A stretch of 64,000 nt of DNA from Candidatus Eiseniibacteriota bacterium (GTDB lineage Bacteria > Eisenbacteria > RBG-16-71-46 > SZUA-252), in contig OY969801.1 of assembly GCA_963703225.1 (NCBI GenBank), forward strand, positions 393,701 to 457,700, written 5' to 3'. Below are positions 19,370 to 28,970 of the stretch, piece after piece. The notes below the pieces were generated by a model that was not told the origin of the DNA, ran no database searches, and saw nothing but the letters and a program-made list of their open reading frames with translations. Each line of letters opens with the position of its first letter. Position 1 is the first letter of the stretch. The translations under genes were made by a program, and so were the position numbers.

Positions 19370-20287
19370 ATGCGCCACGCCGTCGTGCTCCCCGCGAGTC
19401 GCCTCGCCTTGCTCTTGCTCCTTCTCGCGCCCGGCGCCGCCTTCGCCGACCCGGGCGAGACCGGCTTCGCGTTCCTCAAGCTCGGGGTGGGTGCGCGCCC
19501 GATGGGCATGGGAAGCGCCTATGTGGCCATCGCCGACGATCCCACGGCGGTCTACTGGAATCCGGCGGGGCTGGCCACCATCACCAAGACGCAGGTCACG
19601 GCGATGCACAACGAGTGGATCCAGGATTTCCGCCAGGAATTCGTCGCGGTGGGCACCCGGTGCGGCCCCGGCAGCCTGGGGATTGGGTTTTCGGGGTTCT
19701 ACGCGGACGAGTTCGAACGGCGCGACGACACCGGCGTGCTCATCGGCCACTTCGGATTCAACGACATCGCGCTGACGGGAGCCTACGGGATGGCCGTTGC
19801 CCCGGGGCTGGACGCGGGTCTCGCGCTTCGCTACGTACGGGAAATGATCGATCAATACGACGCCACCGCGTTCCTGGCCGACGCCGGGGCGCAGTACCGC
19901 CTCCGCGATACCGGCGTGAGCTTTGGCGCCGCGGTGCAGAACCTGGGCGGCGATTCGAAGTTCATCTCCGAGTCATTCCCGACTCCGCTCACCTGGCGCG
20001 TCGGCGCGGCCGGAAGCCGCCAGCTGGCCAAGCTTCAGGGACGGGGGACCTTGACCGCCGAAGTCCGCCAGGCGAAGGCCGACGACATGCACTTCCACGT
20101 TGGCGCGGAGTATTCGTACAAGGAGCACGTCGCGCTTCGGGTGGGCGGGAAGTTCGGCTACGACGACGAGAGCGTGAGCTTTGGGCTCGGCCTTGCGAAG
20201 GACTGGTTCCACTTCGACTACGCGCTGGTTCCGCTCACGTCCGATCTCGGAACCACCCACTTCTTCTCGGTCACTGGCGTTTTTTAG
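19370..20287 (+). CDS. PorV/PorQ family outer-membrane protein
   Basis: RBS TAAGGAG; FLKLGVGARPMGMGSAYVAIADDPTAVYWNPAGL; terminal Phe. Confidence 0.88.
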   Translation: MRHAVVLPASRLALLLLLLAPGAAFADPGETGFAFLKLGVGARPMGMGSAYVAIADDPTAVYWNPAGLATITKTQVTAMHNEWIQDFRQEFVAVGTRCGPGSLGIGFSGFYADEFERRDDTGVLIGHFGFNDIALTGAYGMAVAPGLDAGLALRYVREMIDQYDATAFLADAGAQYRLRDTGVSFGAAVQNLGGDSKFISESFPTPLTWRVGAAGSRQLAKLQGRGTLTAEVRQAKADDMHFHVGAEYSYKEHVALRVGGKFGYDDESVSFGLGLAKDWFHFDYALVPLTSDLGTTHFFSVTGVF

Positions 20288-21024
20288 TCCGCGGCGTCAT
20301 ACTCGTGTAGCGAGAAGCGCCCCTCCGAGAGCCGCGCGTAGGTCCTTCGCTCCATCCAATTACCCAAGATCAAGAACTCCCCGTCCGGTCCCTTGTAGTG
20401 AAGCGGCAGATGGAAATGGCCCATCACGACCGCGTCGTGCCCCTGTCTCAGCCAAGGGGTGGCCAGCTTCTCGACCAGCGCCGCCTCCGTTCGCTCGGGG
20501 CGCGGCGTGTGGTGCCGGCTCGTGTGGGAGACGGCCCGGGCGAGCGGGATTCCGAGGTCCGGATGGATCCATCGAAAGAGGCCCCGGGCGACGGGATTGC
20601 GGAGCGCCTTTCTCAAGATCTTGTAGCCGTGGTCGCCGGGGCCGAGGCCGTCCCCGTGCGCGAGGAAGATATTCCTCCCCTGGATGGAGAGTGTGAGCAC
20701 CCGGTCCGTGAAGGCGACGTCCAGCTCGCGAGTGAGGTAATTCCCGATCCAGAAGTCGTGATTTCCGCCGACATATGTGACGGGGAGCCCCCGCCGTCGG
20801 AGCTCCCCCAGCCCCTGGAGCACCCGCACAAAGCGCTTCGGAATGGCGTGGCCGTACTCGAACCAAAAGTCGAACAGGTCGCCGTCCACGTAGAGCGCCG
20901 CCCGCTCTGAGCCGACGCGGTCGAAGAACGCCAGCAGATCGCGCTCTCGCGCTCGATTGGATTCGGCGGTTCCTTGGCCGAGGTGGGCGTCGGCGATGAA
21001 ATAGGCGCACCCGGGTTCGGGCAT
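20284..21024 (-). CDS. lpxH: UDP-2,3-diacylglucosamine diphosphatase
   Basis: FIADAHLG, GDLFDFWFEY, GNHD, HGD, MGHFH, LGNW. Confidence 0.88.
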   Translation of the reverse strand: MPEPGCAYFIADAHLGQGTAESNRARERDLLAFFDRVGSERAALYVDGDLFDFWFEYGHAIPKRFVRVLQGLGELRRRGLPVTYVGGNHDFWIGNYLTRELDVAFTDRVLTLSIQGRNIFLAHGDGLGPGDHGYKILRKALRNPVARGLFRWIHPDLGIPLARAVSHTSRHHTPRPERTEAALVEKLATPWLRQGHDAVVMGHFHLPLHYKGPDGEFLILGNWMERRTYARLSEGRFSLHEYDAAD

Positions 21025-21139
21025 GGAGCGTCAGTATAGATGCGGTTCCCACGTCCGCAAGATTGACGCCGCCGCCTGCTCAGGCCGGCCCGCGCGGGGG
21101 CATGCGGAACTGCACCGCGCTCGGTCGGGTAATACCCGC

Positions 21140-21169
21140 TTGACAGGCCCGTCGGGCGGTTCCTAGAGT
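21140..21169 (+). promoter_or_regulatory. Sigma70-type promoter
   Basis: TTGACA-18 nt-TAGAGT upstream of the 21202 ORF. Confidence 0.5.
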
Positions 21170-21201
21170 GAAGCCAACAAGTGGCTGTCCGACGGGGGTT
21201 T

Positions 21202-21573
21202 ATGGCTGGCGACAACGGGTTCTGGTCGAGGGTGGCGGAGGAGGTCCGGACGGTCTCCGACCGCGCTCGTGGGAGCGCGCGCCGCGCGGTCCAAATGGGT
21301 GTCCTTCGCGTCGACCTGGTCTCTCTCCGCCGCGATCGTTCACGCGCCTTGGCCGACCTTGGCGAGCGCGCGCTGACGCACTGGGTCTGCGGAGCGCCGG
21401 AGGCGATCGCTGCCGATCCCGAGGCGCTCCGGCTCCGGGAGCGGATCACCTCCGTCGATAGGGATATCGAGACCAAGCGGGCCGAGATCGATCGGCTGCG
21501 CGAGGCGGGGCGAGTGGAATCGCGCGCCCCGGATCCCCCCACGTCGGTCGTAAACGAATCAATCGTCCCGTAG
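21202..21573 (+). CDS. Hypothetical coiled-coil protein
   Basis: Helical ORF with typical codon usage, upstream of degP. Confidence 0.6.
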   Translation: MAGDNGFWSRVAEEVRTVSDRARGSARRAVQMGVLRVDLVSLRRDRSRALADLGERALTHWVCGAPEAIAADPEALRLRERITSVDRDIETKRAEIDRLREAGRVESRAPDPPTSVVNESIVP

Positions 21574-21610
21574 CGACGGGGCACCACTCATAGTCGGAAC
21601 GGAGGGAAAC

Positions 21611-23109
21611 ATGGAAACGAGGCAAACCATCCGGGCGGCCAAGACCCTGCTCGTTGCGGGCGGGCTCTTGGTCGTCGGCATCGTCGTCGGTTTCATTCTC
21701 GCGGGCGAGTGGAACCTCTCGCCGCAATCCATCGCCAAGGAGAACCCGACGCCGGTGGTCTCGGCGCTGGAGAGTCCCTTTACCCAGATTGCCGATCGGA
21801 CATTGCCCGCGGTGGTGAGCATCGAGAGCAAGCGGAAGATCGACGCAGGCTCCGGGCAGTCGTTCGAAGGGCCCTACGGAGACTTCTTCCGCCGCCTCTT
21901 CCCGGACCAACCCCAGGGGCAAGGCCAGCCACATCCGCAGATGAAGATCCCGAGCAGCGGCTCGGGCTTCATCATCGACAGCGGCGGACACATCCTCACG
22001 AACAATCACGTCGTGCGGGACGCCTCCGACATCACCGTCACCCTGAGCGACCATCGGAAGTTCAAGGCGAAGGTGGTGGGGGCCGACCCGAGCACCGACG
22101 TCGCGATCATTCTGATCGAGGGAGCCGGACCGCTTCCCGTGGTGCCGCTGGGCGACTCCGATGAGATCCGGATTGGCGACTGGGCCATCGCGATCGGAAA
22201 CGCCCTGGGCGAGCTGGACGGCACGCTCACCGTGGGCGTGGTGAGCGCCAAAGGGAGGAGCAATCTATCGATCGTGGGCGGCTCGCCCGCCTATCAGTAC
22301 TTCATCCAGACCGACGCCTCCATCAATTTTGGGAACAGCGGCGGGCCGCTGCTCAACATCCGAGGCGAGGCGATCGGGATCAACACCGCGATCAACCCCT
22401 CCGGCGAGGGAATCGGCTTCGCCATTCCGATCAACCTGGCCAAGAACATCGCCAAGCAGCTCATCGCCAGCGGCAAGGTGACGCGCGGCTACCTCGGCAT
22501 CATGCCTCAGGAATTGACACCGGAGCTGGCCGAGACCTGGGGCATTCGGAACACCAAGGGGATTCTGGTCGGGCAGCGTCTCCAACGACACGCCCGCCGC
22601 GGTCGCCGGATTCAAGGTCAAGGACGTCATCACGGCGTTCGACGGAAAGCAGGTCGACGATGTGCAGCGCTTCCGCCTGCTCGTGGCCGATACGCCGGTG
22701 AAGAAGAAGGTGAAGGTGGACATCCTCCGGGCCGGACAGCCGAAGGAGCTGTACGTGACCCTCTCCGAGCGTCCTTCCGACGATGAGATCATCGCGCACG
22801 CAGGTGACGCCCGCGTCCTGGCTCGGGATCGGCGTCGAGTCCTTGAGCGGCGATTTCGCCAAGGACAACAACATTCGCGAGAAGGACGGCGTGGTCGTCG
22901 TCGAGATCGCGCCCGGGAGCGGCGCGGACGACGCCGGTCTCCAGCGCGGCGACGTGATCAAGGAAGTGAACGACAAGGCCGTCAAGGACGAGTTCGAATA
23001 CAATGACGCGATCGAGCAGGCGCGGACGAAGAATCCAAAGAAACCGGTCGTTCTCCTGATCAAGCGGGGCGACACCACGCAGTTCGTCGCGGTGCAGCCC
23101 GAGGAGTGA
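21611..23109 (+). CDS. degP: Do/DegP(HtrA) serine endopeptidase with two PDZ domains (frameshifts near 22570 and 22800)
   Basis: GSGFII, LTNNHV, TDVA, IQTDASINFGNSGGPL, RGYLGI; the PDZ segments continue in ORFs 22662.. and 22783..23109. Confidence 0.88.
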
Positions 23110-24368
23110 TCGCCCGTCTGTTGGATGGCATGACGGAACAATCACCCACGAGGCCCGGATCGGATCCCCCAAAGCGGGGAGCCCGGACGGGCCTCGTTCT
23201 ATTGGCTTTCCTGGCCCTGACGCTCCCCGCCGCGGGACCGCCCGCGCGCAAGGCTTCGGCGCCGCCAAAGCCGGCCCGGCCCGCGCCGGAGCTGGCCCGC
23301 ATCCGCTTTTGGACCGCGCCCGAGCACACGCGGCTCGTCTTTGACCTGACGGGGCCGCCCGCGGGACGAGCCGCGATTTCGGGTTCTCCGACTCGCTGAC
23401 GTTCGAGGTCTATCTTCCCATCACGCGGAAGTCGCCGAGCGTCACCACCGAGTTCGTCGGGCGACAGCCTGGTCGCGGACATCTTTCCCGGCCGTTTCCG
23501 ACTCGGGGTGCGCGATCCGGATCCGGCTCAAGCAGGCGACCACGCCGCTCGGCTTCGTGCTCGCCGGCGGCCGACGGGAATCCGGACCGCTTGGTGGTCG
23601 ACGTGCCCGCGCCGCCGAATCCGGAGGCGGAGCAGGCGCTCGCCCAGCACGTGACCGAGCTGAAGCGCTCGAAGAAGCTGATCGTCGCGATCGACGCCGG
23701 GCACGGGGGCGAGGATCCGGGGGCCATCGGTCACCGCCGGCTCCAGGAGGCCGACGTGACCCTCTCGATCGCGAAGCGGCTCAAGGCGCAGCTCGACCTG
23801 ATGCCGGGGATCACCGCCGTCCTGACGCGCACCGGCGATTACTTCATCCCGCTGCGCAAACCGGATCGAGCTCGCGCGGCGCTATCAGGCCGATCTACTG
23901 ATCAGCATCCACTGCAACGCGAGCCGCGATCGCGACGCGACCGGAACGGAGATCTACTTTCTCTCGCTCACCGGGGCCACCGACGAGGCGTCCCGCTCCG
24001 TCGCCGAGGCCGAGAACGCGGCGGACTTGATCGGGGGCGCTCCGGCGCAGTCCGGCGACGACCTTCTTTCGATCCTATTCGACTTGCGGCAGAACGACAC
24101 GATCCGCCGGAGCAGCGAGCTGGCCGAGGTGCTGATCGACGCGGTGGGCGCGGATTCGAGGCTGGTGACCCGGGGCGTCAAGCAGGCGGGGTTCGTGGTC
24201 CTGAAGGCCCCCGAGATTCCCTCGGTCTTGATCGAGACCGCCTTCGTCACCAATCCCCGGGAGGCGGCGATCCTCAAGGACGCCCAGTTCCAGACCAAGT
24301 TCGCCGAGCTGCTCGCCGATGGGATCGAGGCCTATAAGAATCAACACCTTCGGGGCACCTCGAATTGA
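23106..24368 (+). CDS. amiC: N-acetylmuramoyl-L-alanine amidase (AMIN + Amidase_3), several frameshifts
   Basis: IRFWTAPEHTRLVFDL (AMIN), IDAGHGGEDPGA, LTRTGDYFIPL, ISIHCN, VKQAGFVVLKAPEIPSVLIETAFVTN, spread over shifting frames. Confidence 0.82.
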
Positions 24369-24448
24369 GTGGACACTCCGCGGCGGGTCCGGGGTATCCT
24401 AATGCGAGCCGGACGGTTCCACGAGGCCACCAGCAAAGGAGAGACAGC

Positions 24449-24931
24449 ATGAAGAACTTCGCAAAGATCGGCGCACTTTCGCTTCTCGCGCTCTGCGTGG
24501 CCACGACGTCGTGGGCCGGGGGCTCGAGCTGCTCCTCGGAGGGGGCCAAGTCGGCCTCGGCCGGTTCTCACTGCAGCGGTGTCAAGTCGTCGAATGCCGC
24601 CCACGAGGCGTGCGGCGTCAAGGCCAACCAGGTGATGTACAGCTTCGCCGTCCCGTCGGTGGAGTGCCAGAGCTGCATCGATGCGATCCAGAAGGCCGCC
24701 ATGGCCAAGAACGGCATCGCGTGCGCGCACGTCGATCTTGCCACCCACACCGCCTATATCATCGCGGACAAGAAGCTCAGCCAGAAGGACGTCTCGAAGC
24801 TGATCGCGGACGCGGGCTACAAGAACAAGTTCACGGGGCAGGGCGACAAGGTCCAGGCGGCTTTCGCGAAGGCGATCGCGTCGGGCGATAAGGGTGTCTC
24901 CTGCTGCGCCAAGAATAAGGACAAGGCCTAG
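24449..24931 (+). CDS. Exported Cys-rich heavy-metal-associated (HMA) domain protein
   Basis: RBS AAAGGAG; signal peptide; VPSVECQSCIDAIQKA...AHVDL...IADAGYK. Confidence 0.8.
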   Translation: MKNFAKIGALSLLALCVATTSWAGGSSCSSEGAKSASAGSHCSGVKSSNAAHEACGVKANQVMYSFAVPSVECQSCIDAIQKAAMAKNGIACAHVDLATHTAYIIADKKLSQKDVSKLIADAGYKNKFTGQGDKVQAAFAKAIASGDKGVSCCAKNKDKA

Positions 24932-24979
24932 ACCCAGGCATAATCGCGCGCCGCGTCAAGCGGAGCGAGGAGTTCGGCG

Positions 24980-25004
24980 GGCCTCCCGGGTTGACCGGGG
25001 GGCC
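24980..25004. terminator. GC-rich hairpin between convergent genes
   Basis: GGGCCTCCCGG-GTTGA-CCGGGGGGCCC. Confidence 0.5.
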
Positions 25005-25008
25005 CGGT

Positions 25009-26525
25009 TCATTTGGTGGAGTATTTGGAGGCGACCGCGCCCGAGAGGCCAAGACGCTTCGCGAGCGCGCGCCGCGTGGCCACGGTGTTGTCAAACGTGA
25101 CGAGGAGTGTGCGGGCTTCGCTCCAGCCGTCGGTCACGTGCGGATTCAGCGACGCCACCGTCACCGTCTCGGGATAGCGCCGGAGCCATTCCCTCGCGAT
25201 CGCCTCGTGCTCGGCGCTCAGCGCGCTCCGGGCCGCGACCGTCAGCAGCGAGCTTCCCTCGATCCGCCGGGGCCACAGTGCGGGATCGGGCCCCCATTCC
25301 CGCGCGGTCACGCCGTGCGCGCGAAGCAGGTCGGCGATTGGAGCGCGCGACTCGGGCCGGTTCACCTCGAGAACGTCGATGGGCGGGCGGAGCGGAACGC
25401 CGCCGGCGCCCTGGCGGAGCACGCGGAGCGCGCCCTCGGCGATGCGCTCCAGCTCGTCGCCGGGGATCAGGTCCCGCGCTTCCCGTTCGAGCACCAGGCT
25501 CCACTCCCGCGGCCACGCCGCGCTGCCTTCGCGGAGCCTTCGCACGCGGGCGAGCGATGTGGCGATCCGCGCCGGCGTGAGGCGGCCGGACCGGAGGGCC
25601 TCGCGCAGCGCTTGCAAGGCTTCGTCGGGCCCCGGCGCGAGCTTGGAGTAGAGCAGCAGATCGCATCCCGCTTCGATCGCCTGCACCGCGACCTCGCCGA
25701 AGGAACCTCGCGACGTGACGGCCGCCATCTCCAGCGCATCGGTGACCACCACCCCCGTGAATCCCATCTTCTCCCGAAGGAGGCCGGTGACGATCGGGAT
25801 AGGAGAGGGTCGCGGGGCGATCCGGCTCAGGGTCGAGGGCGGGCACAACCAGGTGGCCGATCATGACGACCGGCGCGCCCCCGTTGATGGTGGCCTCGAA
25901 GGGGCGAAGCTCCCGGAGCGCGAGGGTCGCGCCCGGCGCGTCGATGCGCGGCAGATCGATGTGTGAGTCGACCGCCGTGTCGCCGTGCCCCGGGAAGTGC
26001 TTGATGACCGGTATCACTCCCGCCGCCTGTGTCCCCTGCATCGCGGCCAGTCCGCACGCCGTCACCTGCGACGCCGTCGCGCCAAAGGAGCGAATTCCAA
26101 TCACGGGGTTGGCGATGTTGGAGTGGATGTCGAGGACGGGAGCGAAATTCAGATTCACGCCGAGTGCGAGAAGCCGGCGCGCGGTCCGCTGCGCGAGATC
26201 CTTGACCAGCGGCGGTCCCCCCGAGGCGGCGACCGCGCGCGCGCTGGGCGGAACCTCCCAGAACCCCGAAAGTTGGGAGACCATCCCGCCCTCCTCGTCG
26301 ACGCAGACGAGCGCCGGAAGGTCGCGCGAGCCGAGCCGCGCCTGTACCTCGCGCGTGAACGCGCGCGGCCGCGGCAGCGGAAGGGAAGTTGGGGGCGAAG
26401 AAGATCACGCCCGCCGGCGTGATTCGTCTCAGGTCCGCCGCGACCTCCGCGGTCAACTCGGTGCCCGGCAGTCCCACGATCATGAGCTCGCCAATCCGCG
26501 ATTCGATGTCGGATTCGATCGTCAC
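25009..26525 (-). CDS. nagZ: Beta-N-acetylhexosaminidase, GH3 (frameshifts near 26360 and 25800)
   Basis: DEEGG, NFAPVLD, IGIRSFG, KHFPGHGDTAVDSH, ELRPF, PATLS, LLREKMGFTGVVVTDALEM. Confidence 0.88.
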
Positions 26526-27385
26526 TTGACCTCGGCCTCCTCGAGCAGCCTTCGGTATCGGGCGTAGACCTGGCTTGGAACGGCGCCAGACTCAAGCCCG
26601 GCGAGCACGGAGCACCCCGGCTCCGTACGGTGCGTGCACGTCCGGAATTGGCACGGGGGCGACTCCGCGATTTCCGCAAAGACCGCGGCGACCTCGGCGA
26701 CCTCGGTTTGTCCGAGGAGAACGCTCCGGACGCCCGGCGTATCGATCAAGATTCCTCCCTCTGGAAGCGGGTAGAGGCGCCCGCTCGTCGTCGTGTGGCG
26801 GCCCTTCCGATTCTTGGCGCTGACCTCGCCCGTGGCGGCGTCGGCGTTGGGGATCAGTTGACGCAGGAGCGACGACTTCCCGACCCCCGAATGTCCCACC
26901 AGCACCGACGTCGTATCAGCCACAAGCTCCCGCAGCCGATCGATCCCCGATCCACTCGCGGCGCTCACGGTCACCGCCTCGAGCGGGATCGCCGCCTCCG
27001 CGATCGCCCGCTCCGCCTCTTCGTGCGTGCCGAGGTCGACCTTGTTCAAACAGAGCACCGGCGTGATCCCGCCACGGCGTGCGAGCAGTCCCCATCGATC
27101 GACCAATCCCGGGCGAAAGGGGGGCTCCGCGAGCGAGGAGACGATCACAACCTGGGTCGCGTTTGCGGCGATGATCTGCGTGCGCCCACGCGAATCGCTG
27201 GTGGCGCGCTCGAGGAAGGTGCGTCGCGGCGCGACCGCGGTGACCCGCAGCGCGCCCGAGTCGCCCCGCTCGACCTCGACCTCGTCCCCGACCGCGAGCG
27301 GGTTGGAGTGGTAGCCCCCCGCGCCCGTCTTGAGTTGGCGCGCCAGGACCGCCTCCTGGATCCCGTGTCCGTCCCAGAGTTCCAC
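26522..27385 (-). CDS. rsgA: Ribosome small subunit-dependent GTPase A (5' end probably further upstream)
   Basis: AVGDEV, IAANA, NKVDL, GHSGVGKSS, GRHTTT, DTPG, CQFRTCTHRTEPGC. Confidence 0.93.
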   Translation of the reverse strand: MELWDGHGIQEAVLARQLKTGAGGYHSNPLAVGDEVEVERGDSGALRVTAVAPRRTFLERATSDSRGRTQIIAANATQVVIVSSLAEPPFRPGLVDRWGLLARRGGITPVLCLNKVDLGTHEEAERAIAEAAIPLEAVTVSAASGSGIDRLRELVADTTSVLVGHSGVGKSSLLRQLIPNADAATGEVSAKNRKGRHTTTSGRLYPLPEGGILIDTPGVRSVLLGQTEVAEVAAVFAEIAESPPCQFRTCTHRTEPGCSVLAGLESGAVPSQVYARYRRLLEEAEVK

Positions 27386-27568
27386 GTTGGCGCCGTAGAC
27401 CTGGGCGACGATCCAAACCGATGGCGATGTGGGCGATTGATCGACGATGGATCGAGTCTAGTCGAGGCGGGAGGCAGCCACAAGCCGGTTCGACCGTTCT
27501 GGCCTCAATGGGGCGCCCGTCCCCGCCCTGTTGCCGCGGGGGCCGGAGACGTTTAGACTGCGGGACCG

Positions 27569-28354
27569 ATGCCACCCAACACCAATACCTTCCCATGTCC
27601 CCGATGCGGGGAGTCCCTGCCGGCTGGACTCACGCGGTGCGACGCGTGCGGGGCGTATCTGGTCAGCGCGCCTGGAGGCGCGCCTGTCGCGAAATCGGTC
27701 GCCCCGAAAATCGCCCCGAAGGGCACCCCGCGCAACGCGGGGCTCTTCCTCGTGGTGGGGCTCCTCTGCGGGGGCGCGATCGGCTTCGCGCTCCGCGGCG
27801 CCGTCGGGCCGCGCGGGGAGGGCGGGATGCCGACGGGCCCGGCGGACATCATGCGCGGCGCGGGCGGCGCGGCTGGTGGCGGCGGAGAGGCGATGGGCGG
27901 GGGCGATCCCGGTCAGTCGCCGCCGCAGATGCCCCCTCAAGTGGCCGCGATGGTCCAGCAGTACCGGCAGGCTCTGGCGCGGGACCCCAACGACATCGAG
28001 GCAAACATCGGCTTCGGCAACTTGCTCTTCGATTCAGGACAGTGGCCGAAGGCGGTGGAGCACTACCAGCGCGCGCTGACAAAGGTCCCCGGAAACGCGG
28101 ATGTCCGCGTGGATATGGCGGTCGCGCTTCACAACATGAACCGGAACGAAGAGGCATTGCGTGAATTGGAGCGTGTGACGCGCGAGCAACCGACGCACCT
28201 GAACGCCTGGCTCAACCTCGGGGTGATCTCCAGCACCCTCGGGGATCGACCGCGCGCGGTCCACGCGTGGGAGCAATATCTCAAGCTCGATCCCAACGGC
28301 CAGCACGCCGCGGCCGTTCGCGCGCAGATCGAGGAGCTGAAGAAGGGGAGTTGA
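27569..28354 (+). CDS. Zinc-ribbon / single-TM / TPR protein
   Basis: CPRC...CDAC, one TM segment, Gly-rich linker, 3-4 TPRs. Confidence 0.8.
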   Translation: MPPNTNTFPCPRCGESLPAGLTRCDACGAYLVSAPGGAPVAKSVAPKIAPKGTPRNAGLFLVVGLLCGGAIGFALRGAVGPRGEGGMPTGPADIMRGAGGAAGGGGEAMGGGDPGQSPPQMPPQVAAMVQQYRQALARDPNDIEANIGFGNLLFDSGQWPKAVEHYQRALTKVPGNADVRVDMAVALHNMNRNEEALRELERVTREQPTHLNAWLNLGVISSTLGDRPRAVHAWEQYLKLDPNGQHAAAVRAQIEELKKGS

Positions 28355-28398
28355 TGGCGCGGGCGTGATCGGTTCCGGCCGGCGCGCGTTCAACGAAA

Positions 28399-28426
28399 CG
28401 AGGCGGCACCTCTCGGTGCCGCCTCG
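28399..28426. terminator. Intrinsic terminator between convergent genes
   Basis: CGAGGCGGCACC-TCTC-GGTGCCGCCTCG perfect 12-bp stem. Confidence 0.75.
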
Positions 28427-28459
28427 CACGTTTCTACGAGTTCTTTCCGTCCGGGTCGG

Positions 28460-28660
28460 TTACGCCTTGCGGACGTTTGCCGCCTGGAGGCCCTTCGGCC
28501 CCTTCACAATCTCGAACTCCAGGCGCTCCCCCTCGGCCAGGGTCTTGAAGCCCTCGCCGGAAATTGCTGAGTAGTGAACGAACACGTCCTCGCCGCCCTC
28601 TTGCTGGATGAATCCGAAACCCTTCGCCTCGTTAAACCACTTCACGGTTCCTACTGGCAC
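28460..28660 (-). CDS. csp: Cold-shock protein
   Basis: GTG after AAGGAG; [15 protein letters not shown]...VFVHYSAI...[10 protein letters not shown]. Confidence 0.95.
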   Translation of the reverse strand: MPVGTVKWFNEAKGFGFIQQEGGEDVFVHYSAISGEGFKTLAEGERLEFEIVKGPKGLQAANVRKA

Positions 28661-28970
28661 TCTTTGCTCCTTACGAACTGGGCCGCTTAGGCCCCACTCG
28701 CCGCCCTCTCGGATCGGCCAACCCGGCCACACTGGACGGGCCCCCGGGCAGATGAGCCACCCGGATACAAAAATAACCGCTGATGACTGCTCCAGCGGCA
28801 ATGTCTCGCATATCTGCGCTACCAACGACCGTCATGGAACTGCCTGCGGATAGTGTAGGGCTATCCGGCGGCACATGGGAAGGGTTCTTTTTGGCCCACC
28901 CGCGACCGCCCTCGCCCCCCCTGGCTCGGGATCTTGACATCCCACGGCTCCGCCCGCAAGTTCGCCGGCC

